From: Antechinus flavipes
Taxonomy: Eukaryota
Direction: 5' to 3'
DNA: 64,000 bases
Assembly (NCBI RefSeq): GCF_016432865.1
Contig: NC_067404.1
Location: 56,358,001-56,422,000, forward strand
In this document: positions 28,680-39,949 of the stretch, one piece after another
Layout of the letters: every line of letters starts with the position of its first letter
Numbering within the stretch: the first letter of the stretch is position 1
Position numbers and translations under genes: made by a program
The notes under the pieces: model-generated
Told to the model about the DNA's origin: nothing
Databases searched by the model: none
The model's input: the letters and a program-made list of their open reading frames with translations, nothing else

Positions 28680-30552
28680 CTCCATAGTGAATCTTCCTGG
28701 TGAATCTACCCTCCGAAGAGAGTTTCTCAGGCTGCAGCAGGAAAACAAGAAAAGCCCACTTTCCAAGGAGCAACAACTGAAACGAGAACAGCAGCAGCAA
28801 CAGCAACTGATGTGGCAACGTTTGGAGAAGGAGCAGAGAGAACTACAGCAGAAACAGCAAGATCTGCAGCAGAAGCAGCAAAATCTGCAGCAGAAGCAGC
28901 AAGATCTAAAGCAGAAGCAGCACGATCTGCAACAGGAGCAGGAAGCTCTTCAGCAGGAGCAGCAAGCTCTTCAGCAGGAGCAGCAAGCTCTGCAGCAAGG
29001 CCAGCAAGTTTTGCAACAAGAAAAGCAAACTCTGCAGCAGAGCCAGCAAAACCTGAAACAGGACCAGCAAGCTTTACAGCTGGACCAGAAAGATCTGCAG
29101 CTGGACCAGGAAGCTCTGCAGAAGGACCAGGAAGCCCTGCAGCAGGACCAAAAAGCCCTGCAACAGGACCAGATAGCCCTGCAGCTGGACCAGAAAGCCC
29201 TGCAGACGGACCAGCAAGCTCTGCAGCCAGACCAGAAAGCTCTGCAGCAGGAGAAACAGGCACCAGAGCTACTGCCTAAGCCTCAGAAACCTCCGCTATT
29301 GCCAAAGCTGCAACTACCACAGCAATCAGAGCCTCATCAGGAACAGCAGCCACCAAAACAGGAGCAGCAGCTACCAAAGCAGGGGCAGCAGCCACCAAAG
29401 CAGGGACTGCAGCCACCAAAGCAAGAACAGCAGCCACCAAAGCAAGAGCAGCAGCCACCAAAGCAGGAGCAGCAGCCACCAAAGCAGGAGCAGCAGCCAC
29501 CAAAGCAGGAGCAGCAGCCACCAAAGCAGGGGCTGCAGCCACCAAAACAAGAGCAGCAGCCACCAAAGCAAGAGCAGCAGCCACCAAAGCAAGAACAGCA
29601 GCCACCAAAGCAGGGGCAGCAGCCACCAAAACAGAGCCAGCAGCCACCAAAGCAGGGGCTGCAGCCACCAAAGCAGGAGCAGCAGCCGCCAAAGCCAGGG
29701 CAGCAGCTGCCAAAGCCGGGGCAGCAGCCACCAAAGCCGGGACAGCAGCTGCCAAAGCCGGCATCCCGACAGCAGGTACAACAAGCTCCAGACCATCACT
29801 GGTTGCATTTTCCACCAAAGCCCAACCATCACCACACACAGCTGCTACCAAAGCATCTAGCCTATTTCCAGATACAGCAGTCATCACATATGTCAACCCA
29901 TCACCACACACAGCTGCTGTCGAAACATCACCTACAGCAACCATCAAAGGTGTCGGTCCATTACCAGGTACAGCATCCACCAAAAGTGCTAGTCCATCAC
30001 CAGACGCAGCAGCCACCAAAGGTGCCACCTCATCACCAGGCCCAGCAGCCACCAAAGGTGCCGCTCCATTACCAGTCCCAGCAGCCACCAAAGGTGCCAC
30101 CCCATCAGCAGGCCCAGCAGCCACCAAAGGTGCCACCACATCTCCAGATGCAGCAGCCACCAAAGGTGGTGCTCCACCATGTTCCTCAGCCACTAAAGGT
30201 GACGGTCCATAACCTGACTCAGCCATCACCAAAGTCTCTCCAGCTGCCAGCTTATCACCAGGGAAAGCAACTATCTCATCACCAGTCGCCACAGCAATCA
30301 GCTCAGCAGCTGACCCATAACCAGTTGAGGCAGCCATATCACCAGCCCCAACAACCAACTCAGCAGCTTTCACAGCAAGCAGCCCAGGTGAAACAGCGTC
30401 CACAGCAGACACAACTGCAACCAAAGCAACAACAGCAACCACAGCAGCAGCAACAGCAATTCAAAGACCAGGATAAGACCAAGGATCCAGTCCTGACTGA
30501 GTGGCAGAAATGCAAGGAGCAACAGAAAGAGCAGAAAAAGAAACCTGAGGAT
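28680..30552 (+). CDS. NRK: Giant 1873-bp exon: [23 protein letters not shown], then Q/P/K/H tandem repeats, then LTEWQKCKEQQKEQKKKPED
   Basis: ctttag acceptor; lies inside the 648-aa ORF 28642-30588; GAT|gtaaga donor; phase 2-0. The two ends match the two ends of a single ~70-aa MAP4K4/TNIK exon. Confidence 0.9.
28840..29259 (+). repeat. Coding tandem repeat block 1: 20 x 21 bp, xLQQ[K/E/D]Qx heptads
   Basis: ELQQKQQ DLQQKQQ ... ALQPDQK ALQQEKQ, Leu every 7th residue with no indels. Confidence 0.95.
29344..29763 (+). repeat. Coding tandem repeat block 2: 20 x 21 bp, QQPPKQ[E/G]
   Basis: cagcagccaccaaagcaggag consensus, counted directly. Confidence 0.95.
29926..30234 (+). repeat. Coding tandem repeat block 3: about 9 x 33-36 bp, HHQxQQPPKVxx
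   Basis: HYQVQHPPKVLV HHQTQQPPKVPP HHQAQQPPKVPL HYQSQQPPKVPP HQQAQQPPKVPP HLQMQQPPKVVL, with degenerate flanking units. Confidence 0.9.
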
Positions 30553-31878
30553 GTAAGAGTTAATATCTATTCCCCATGTCAAATCTAGCTGCCTTTGATG
30601 CATGTTAGTCTCATAATTGTTGTTTTTTTTTTTACACATGACAAAAGTACACATAGGAATTAGAATTTTTTTACAATTGCTTTTTTTTTTTTTGGTGAAA
30701 AAGCTTCCCACCCCTCAGAGCTTTTATGTCTTCCACTTTTTCCAATAAATATTCCCTGACATTGTGTCACCTCCACCACAGACCTCCTTTGTATGTATCT
30801 TTGGTCCAGTATAGCCGTTCTTTCCATTTCTTTCTTTAGTGCCATTTCTTATTGCCCCATGTTTAGGATTGTAATGTAATTAATGTCTAAATGCTGTGGC
30901 TCCCCAGTCAATGATAAGGAAAAGTTTGTTATAAAAATGCTTACAGATCTTTTCTATTTTTTTGTTTGTTTTGTTCCCGCTAGCTTTATCATTAAATACC
31001 CTAAGGATGATGTTTTGTAATTAATTTTCTCAACAAGCCCTCTCTAATTTTTTTTGCTCTGTCTTTAAAAGACACTTATTATTAGAAAGCTATTCAAGAT
31101 GGCTACCATATAATAAATATACAAAATATGCTATATTCTCTTCTCTAGGTTAAGCATCCTTCAACCCATCCCTATATACTATGAATCTGAGGCTCTTTAC
31201 CGTCTTGGTTGCCCTTCTGTGGACACTCTCCAGTTTGTCAATGTCTTTCCTAAAACTATATAGAGTACCTTAATCATGGTCTGACCAGATCAAGAACATA
31301 CAGTACGGTGAGAGTTTCTCCACTTTGGTCATCATGCCTCTCTGAAGGTAGCCTAAGCTCACATTGTCTTTTCTGGCTACCATATCACACTCATGACCAA
31401 GACAATAGCTATAATCCAAGAGAAGTAGAATGTAGGCAAAAGAATGAGAGTAGGTAAATGTTGGGAACTTTAAGCCCAGGTAGCCTATTTAAGTGACGTG
31501 TTTCACAAGCCGTTATCATGAATCTAGCACAAATACCTATATTGTTGTCACTCACAACCCTTGTGCTAGATTTCCTTGGGCCCTTCCAGTCATTCATTCT
31601 TCCCTTATAGAGACTCTAGGAAGTTCAGGAACTTACCGTGCAGATATGCTGTGCAACACAGAATCTGAGCAGACTCCTCATCACAGGTCCCCAGTACCAG
31701 CCTTATTATATAAGTGGGCTACTGAGAAATAAAACAGAATCCTCTGCTGCATGTACTCACAGTATTTCCAGGGGGACAAACTTTAATATCCAGTGTACAA
31801 TGAAATGGGTTAACTACAGGGTCCAGACTGAAAAGAATAAAGTGAGACCAGATCAAAGGGATGTCTCCCTATAAATAG

Positions 31879-32169
31879 GGAGGTAAGGAATGATGGGAGT
31901 TTTCAGTTAGAAGGAAGAGGAGGTTTAAAGGGAATAAAGGAGGTAAGTAATGATGGAAGTTTTCAATTAGAAGGAAGAGGTTTAAAGGGAATGAGGAAGT
32001 AAGGAACCATGGGAGTTTTCATTTAGAAGGAAGAGGAGGTTTAAAAGGAATGAAGGAGGTAAGGAACAATAGTTTTCAGTTAGAAAGAAGAGGTTTAAAG
32101 GGAATGAAGGAGGTAAGGAACGATGGGAGTTTTCAGTTAGAAGGAAGAGAAGGTTTAAAGGAAATGAGG
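31879..32169. repeat. Minisatellite, 5 units of 54-60 bp
   Basis: unit ggaggtaaggaa(t/c)gatgggagttttcagttagaaggaagaggaggtttaaagggaatgaa. Confidence 0.92.
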
Positions 32170-34739
32170 CACTCAGAACATATGGAAAGATAGGAGACCA
32201 TGAACAGAGAGCTTGAGGGAAACGTTTAAAGCTACAGTTTGTTCCAGTGACTGAAGGGATGTGTCTTACACAACCAGAGCATCCAATTTAAAGGATACGT
32301 TTCATGGTTTTAGTTGACCGTGTGTACAAAATAAATTATTGCTCGTATTCGGTATACCATAAACCCTACTTAACTCCGCCACTAGGCAACAAAGAATCTA
32401 GCAGTTCTAGGTAATGGCATTTCCTAAAGGTGAACCCCATAAAGATCTGTTTCATTTTCATTGTCAAAAATCTTTTTTAAAAAGTGTGTTCCCCATACTC
32501 TGCCTCAATAAGTCTAGTATATATCAATATTTAAAGAAAGTGAGTTTGTGGACAATTATCTAACCTTTGCTGATGGAGGTTTTTTGCATGACCCTGGAGT
32601 TATAACTCTGGATGTTGCCAACAATACAATATTGTTGGCCGTTGGCCTGAACCTGTGCTCAACCTAGGCCATTCCTTGAAAGATGCTTTATGATGAAATC
32701 CTTGATGTGAGCTAGCATTCTGTTTGTGTGGATAGTTTTCTTTCAAAATTCAAATCAGAAACAAATTCCCTTCTAATTCCGGATCTAGGATCCTATGTGT
32801 ATGGATAAGTCATTTGCCCTTCCTGGGCCTCAGAAGTGACTTATCCATACTCACACATAGGATTCTAGATCCAGAATTAGAAGGCATCTCAGTGGCTATT
32901 GAGTCTAACTTTCTCATTTTACAGAGGAGAAGATGGAGATGAAATAATTTGTCCAACATGAGACAGCTAGCCAGCAAGTGTCTAGTGGCAGTGTTCAACC
33001 TCAAATCTTCCTGACCCTAACTCAAACACTCTGTCTACTATACCATTTAACTGCCTCCTTGACTTGCAGAAGCTAACTTTTTCTGAGTTCTTGTAATGTG
33101 TGATCCATTTCTTTGGTGACACTAAAAAGGCAGACCTCCTGCTGAGACTTTACAGGGGACTTGGTATTTTTCACAGCCACTGACAAGCCACAGAAAACAG
33201 GAAAATGACTAAAGCAATGCATAAAAGAATCACTCAGAAAATAATACCAGCTGAAATTGGAGACAGTCAATACAAACTGTGTGCTCTAGACATAAACATA
33301 GTGACTTGTACTTAGGAAGGTAGATATAATAATAAACCCAAATAAACTATTGAATTCTGGGAAGATCATTGTACAAAAGAAGCTATATGTCAGGATGGAA
33401 AAATCTCCTTAAAATGGAAATTATAGCTGATAATTACCTCTAGCAGTTGTAGAGAGGGGAGCTCAGATAGCCGATATTTCTGTAGTCCTTGGTAACAGAT
33501 CAGTTTACTTACTTGCTCTCATTGGTCATTTGATCTTCACGATAACTCTAGGAAGTAGAAATTGGTTCAGTCTGGTTTGGTTTTTGAAATCTGGTTATTT
33601 CATATTGCAATAGGCCTTTAAAGGTCGGCTTCTTAACCAGGAGTCCATAAACTTGGTTGTTTGTTTGGGGTTTTTAATTTTTATTTTGACAACTATGTTC
33701 CAGTATAATTGGTTTCATTGTTTGATCTTACTTATTTTTTATGTTTTCTAACATTATTCTGAGAAAGAATCTGTAGACTTCTTCAGACTATCAAAGCAGT
33801 TTATCACTCCAAAAAGATTAAGACTCTCTACTTTGAGGCAATGTAGGGACTTTCCAATGGGGAACACTCTCTACCAATGCAAGTTAGCTTTTGAGGGATG
33901 CTTAGGATGCTGAGAGTCAGCCAGTATGAGTCAGAAGTAAAAAGGAGCATGGTAGATAGAGAGCCTGCCTTAACTTCAAGAGACCATCACAAGTATTATT
34001 TCTTATATTTACAGATGAGAAAACAAATTCAGAGAGAGGTGATTTGACCAAGACCATGCAGCTAGATCTCAAAACCAGGTCTTCAGAATTTAGATTGTCC
34101 ATTTAAATCAAGTCTGTACCCACTAGGATGAGTAGAGAGCTGTTCATAAGAAACTGGTGAACTCCAGCTCTCTCTCCGGCAGTTTCTCTAGCTATTTAGG
34201 GAAGTGTCATCCTGGTACAAGGAGCAGGAATAACTGATGGAGAGCCCCAAGGCAGGAATTTGGGGCCACATCTCCAAGTTCAAGCTCTGACCATTAGTAC
34301 ATCCTTTCTCCCTCTTTCCCTTCCCCACCTTGTTTCCATCAATGCAGTAGATCACTCCAATCTTGTTTCCCAGAGTTGATCTTCAAGTTATTTATATTAA
34401 AAAGGCAAACAATTGCCTGATTCATACGGGCAAGTAGAAATTCTCCCAAACTCCTATATTCAGTTAAGTCTCTCGTTTAGGAGAAAGTAGAAAATTTTGT
34501 AACATAATCTTAGAGAGCTCTCGATGCAGCTATAAAACCAAACTTAAGAAAAAGATGAAAACTTATTAAATAGCACAGGAAGTTGGGGTTTATGAGAAAC
34601 ACAGAGAACGATTTTTCATACTTGAAAAGTATTTAAAGGATTGAAATACATTACCTCTATGGATGGAGGAGTTATCATTGATACTTGCTTTTAGAATTGT
34701 TAATTCACTTTATTAATTTTATCTTTTTTTCTTTTAAAG

Positions 34740-34904
34740 AAAAAACCAGAAGATGCTCCACAGGTTAAAAGATTTCATCGGACCCTTCCCAAAGATCAAG
34801 CTCAGCTCTTATTTCTACAATATGATCACAAGCCACAGAGCAAAGAAACTTCAAAGGCTTTGAAAAAGACTCCGACTTCTTCCCCAAGCACCTCAAAGAA
34901 AGAG
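34740..34904 (+). CDS. NRK: Exon: KKPEDAPQVKRFHRTLPKDQAQLLFLQYDHKPQSKETSKALKKTPTSSPSTSKKE
   Basis: long pyrimidine tract then taaag acceptor, GAG|gtaaaa donor, 165 nt, phase 0-0; DQAQLLFLQYDH resembles MAP4K4 EQAYLLSLQHDH. Confidence 0.85.
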
Positions 34905-37900
34905 GTAAAATTTATTCTAGATAATGTGGTACAATTTTCCCAGCAACTTAAGATGTATAGATAAGGCGACACATCTAGTTATTCATACATTGTCTCCTGA
35001 AATAATACCACACTTGAACTTCCTCTCTGATAGCCAATAGCCACATGTGTCTTCTCTGACCCTGTGGGTTTGGTCCACTTCACCATGGAGCTGCTGTAGG
35101 ATACAAGCATGGGGTTAGAATTCAGGAGCACTCATTCTATGGTTCACACTACATTAAGAGAGTTCATGATCAATCAAGCAAGCATCATTTTTCAGTCTCC
35201 TCACCAGTTTTCTGCTCTCATTAAAAAAAAAAAAAACCTCACACTGATTCTCCAGTCTCCTGATTAACTTTTTCATGGCAGCAAAAAGTTACAAAGGTCT
35301 GTTCTTCTGTCAAGCATTGCCAAGATCTTCCTGGCTCCCCTTGGTTCATTTGTTTTACTGGTCCTCTTAGAAGTTATTCTTTAGAATTTTTTAACTGAAA
35401 CTGGGATAGGGAATGGTCTGTCAGTGCTTTGCTTTCACTTAAAAAAAATGTTTTATTGATACTCTTTTAAAAATAATAGCCTTTTATTTTCAAAATACAT
35501 GTAAAGATAGTTTTTAACATTCACCCTTGAAAACCTTGTGTTCCTAAATTTCGTCTCCCTCCCTTTCCCCTATCCTATTCCTCTAGATGACAAAGTAATC
35601 CAATATATATTAAACATGTGCAGTTCTTCTACACGTATTTTCACGATTATCATGCTGCATAAGAAAAATCAGATCAAAAAGGGGAAAAAATGAGAAAGAA
35701 AACAAAAAGCAAGCAACAACAAAAAGGTGAAAATGCTATGTTGTGATTCACATTCAGTCCCCACAGTTCTCGCAGATGGCTCTCTCCATCACAAGTCTAA
35801 GTAGTCATTGTGGTAAGCAATCATGACATAATGAAACATTTAAATTGGCAACAGAGGAAGAGTTCCTAGGGAAACTGGGTTACTAAACTCATTACTCCAA
35901 GCTTGAAATTCCTCTGCCTCTCCTTTCCCTTCTCCACTCCAGGATTCCCAGCAGAGGAAGGGGCTTTATGTCTCCTTCGATAAAGCCACTTTTGTGACCC
36001 TACTTATGCTAAATCTGAAGGCACAGCTGGGGCAGAAGCAAGACAAGGTTCATGGAGTTTCATGGCTCACTCTTTAAGAATCACTATTGTAAGGCCTAAG
36101 TAATAGCCAATTCTAACTATGTTTTTTTCTTGTCTGTAGTAATAGATTTATGCAAGGAAGGAAAAAAGGAAGGAAGAAGGAGAGAGGGAGAGAGGAAACA
36201 AGCATTTATTAACTCTTTGGCATATTCCAACATATTCCAGACACTGTGCTACAAATACAATAAATAAATAAACAGCAACAACAACAAAAGAAAAAAACTT
36301 GAGACAGTCCCTTTCATTAGGTAGTTTGCATTTTAATAAGGGAAGGTAATTCATATAGGACAGTGATGACCAGAAAACATCAGAAAAAGCAAATAGAGCC
36401 ATCAGGTTGAATACTCTTTCTAGGAGAGTGTTTATATGATTTGAATAGGGAGGAGGTATGTGTCTGGAAGACAGATGGCGAGAATGTAGTGTGACAGATC
36501 TGAGGGCATCTAGATATGGTAAACTCTCAGCAATTGTAATTTCAGGACCCCAAGTTGGGTGCTAGATCAGAGGAGAGGGCAGAGCTCAGTAGCACAGAAG
36601 GAAGATGAAATCTAAAGTTCAAAATTCTATTAACCCAGTCAATTAGATCGTGATGTTAATGGCAACTTCTATTCGTGTGCAAGAAATATAGCATGGCCAC
36701 GGCCTGAACTTCTAATCCCAGATAACCATTTATTAAAAGTATCCTAAGGACAATGGAGCGGCTGAGAGTATGTGAATTCTGTGTGCACAGCCCTCCCCAT
36801 GTACAAATACGAGTCCCATGTTGATGATGTATCAGAAGACTTGTTTTCATCTTGTTATTACTGATCAACATCAGGACCCCAGGTCATTGCCTTCTTTTCC
36901 TTAATCACTGTTGCTGTGAAACCTCCCAGTGGCAAATCTCCATTCCATACTTGCCCAATGATACTAAAAGAGTCCTTTAAAGTGAATGATGTTTATTGCT
37001 CTATAAATCCTAACCACTGGCAGAAGAGTTTGTTTTACCAAGGGGGGACACTGCATCTTCACTGAAGTCTTGCTCAATAATGTGTTGCTCTTGGTCTCAA
37101 GGAATAATACTTAGGTCATCACCTCATTCTGAGAGTTAATAGTAGATCACCCAGATCTGATCACTCAGCTATGCAATCTGTACCTGCTTGTTCGATCACC
37201 TGTGTTTTACATAACATTACTTATTGTTATTCTTGTATTTTTTCTGACTGTTAACTATTTCTCAGAGAAGGTAGGAATGAATGTGGAGGGAAAAGAAACC
37301 CAAAATTTTCAAGGCCTCTGTACATATGGTCAGTGTATTCATTTATATATATATGTATGTATGCATGTATATATACATATACACACATCATATACATATA
37401 TGTATTTTTTTTATTTATAAGATAAAATACTGCCTGTCCAAAATAGGGATTATCTTTCTCATTTCTATCTGTAATCTTTTCTGGGAATTTTGTAACCAGT
37501 TGAGTTCATCACATAACATCTCTGCCTTTATAAATTTATTTTGCATCCACTTCCCAGGGTCAACAATTTTCTGAGAAATCAACTCCCTGAACATAAATAA
37601 AGAGGCTTAGGCTGGGACTATCTGATGCCAAACACCAGGATGAAAAGTGAAAAATGCAGGCAGCCATCCAGATGTTTGATGGCTAAACATCTGGATAGGT
37701 TTAGAGATAAGTGGTTGCCAAAACATCTGCATGATTAGCTGCATTATTTTGTTTCTCATTCAGCTGTTTCCTGACATGTCCAGAAGTTGTATGGTGCAGT
37801 AGAAAGAGAGAGCTAACTTTGGATTCTGAGGGCCTGGGTTTGAATCCTGGCTCTTACCACTTCCAACCTGTGTGACCTTGTGTTTCACTTCACTTCTCTG

Positions 37901-39049
37901 GGTTTCAGTTTCCTCCAATGTAAAAAAAAAAAAAAAAGGGAGGGGGTGTTGGGCTCAATGATCTTTAAGATATCTTCCAACTGTATGATGCTGTATACAA
38001 ATTGGACATGTTGGTGCCTGGAAAAAAGCAGCATCTTACAGCCAGCAACTTTTCTGCAAGACAGGAGTGATCACACTTTTGTGGTTATCAGAATATAAGC
38101 CTAAGGTTTTTTTTTTTTTAATTGCTAATGTTGAACTTTTCTTTGTCAAAGATTTAAATGCAACTAATAAGTCATACTATAGAAATTATGGTTTTGTTCA
38201 TCAGCTCACAAAAATAGCTTGAACTCAAAATAGATGAAAGAATTGAGGAAAAAAATCTGAATTTTCTCATTTAGAAATCAATATTTATTTCCAAAACATT
38301 GCCTATGATTTTATGAGTTGGCTCCAAAGTAGGTGGAGTCAGGAACAGAGATGGTCTCTCTTAAACCTCAGAATGAGCTAATCAGTATCGATGAGATAAG
38401 GATGGTTTGACTTTTTGAGACTTTTATTATGTTTTTAAGGGGGAAATGTTCAGTTTATTCACTCCTCTTGAAGTGACAAAGCCTGAGGATAAATGGCTAG
38501 TAGCAAACTGTCAGGCTAATTATCCATCTTGGTTTCCAGGCCCATGTTTTATAAATATCCACTTTGAAGAGAAAGTAGAATATAGTGCAAAATTTCATTT
38601 GTGCATAAAGTCATTCACAGAATGTCAAAAGGATTCCAAATTGAAATGCTATAAGGAGCCTCAGAGGCCATCTCATCAACCCCTTCATTTTGCAGAGGAG
38701 GAAACCAAGACACAGAGGGGTGAAGTGACTTGTCTAGAGTCACACTAGTAGTAGACATCATAGGCGAGATTTGAACCCAAGCATTCTAACTCCGGAGTTA
38801 GTGATCTTTCCACTGCACTACAGACAGTTCTAGGATCCCTCATCGCTTATCACTTTGCCCCCAACAACTGAAAACATATCCTGTTTGGGTCTAGTTGTTA
38901 AAATTCACTTAGATCTTTGATCATAGATGTGCAAAGCACATTCAGTTGAGGGGAGGGGGGATTGCAAGGATGGTCATATTACAGAACATTGTAATAATTG
39001 ACATCTTCCCAGTAACTATAATTGTCATTCCCTACCTCTCAGCAGGGTG

Positions 39050-39500
39050 AACTTTAGTCTATGTGTCCCTCATTTTGATATTCTGTATGTCTTTACTTTT
39101 TAAGTTGTGTTCTTTGTATGTGATATATTGTTGAAGTGTTTTTTTTTTCTTATCCATTCTATCATTTTTCCATTTTATTGGATAGTTTAATCCATTTATA
39201 CTTAAATTTACACAGGTTATGCTTGTGTTTTCCTCCATTTGTTTCATTAATGATGCTTTTTATGGAATCCCCTTCCTATTAAGGTCAATACTTTGTCCTT
39301 GTGATTAGTTTCTTTTGATCTACTTCAATGTTGATCTCTTCCCATAGTGTTTTTCCCTCCCCCACTCCTATTTGCTTATCCTTTCCCTAGTTCCTGGATT
39401 TTATTTAAAGTATTCATTTTTTTCTTTCTTTTTTTTATTTAGTCATTTTTTCCACTTCTTTCTATCTTTTCTCTTTCCCCAGTCAGTTAAATGGTTAGTT
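39050..39500 (-). mobile_element. L1 ORF2 endonuclease N-terminus remnant
   Basis: minus ORF 39059-39247 ITCVNLSINGLNYPIK...EHNLKSKD resembles L1 EN ITLNVNGLNSPIK...ETHL. Confidence 0.75.
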
Positions 39501-39949
39501 CAAAATCCTCCATCTCCAGAAGATATGTATAACTGCTTTAAATTATTTCTTCATCCAAGTTGCTTCTTTCCTTGTTTGTGGAGAATTGTTGTCATGTTAA
39601 GTTTCCAAAAAATAGCAGTGGCCTAGTACAATAAAATTTCAAGTGCCAACAAACTGCTGGCCACGGTGCTGACAAAACTAAAGAACCCAGATATTGCATG
39701 AAAGAAAATTGCTTCTCCTCAGTCTACATGATGACTATATCTCTCCTGGAACAAGATTCATTGGGAAAACCTGACTCTCTTGCTAGGTGTCATGTTCAAT
39801 TGCACTAATGTGACAGTTTCAGAACACTGATTATAAGAATGCTTTTGGAAGATTTAGATTGGTATAGAGCCCTGCCTTTTCAGTATCTGGTTTGTAGCCT
39901 CCAAATCCCCGTTGACATGAGTTGTATACATGCTATTCATAGCTCAAAC

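Noticed and set aside
29276-30442. 388-aa Ala/Val/Leu-rich minus-strand ORF (also 28727-29263, 28812-29279, 29371-29835, 29989-30180)
   Set aside because: Shadow ORFs of the CAG/CCA-rich coding repeat, which lacks stops in other frames; no independent evidence
31879-32169. CRISPR-like reading of the periodic repeat
   Set aside because: Vertebrate intron; whole units repeat with no unique spacers
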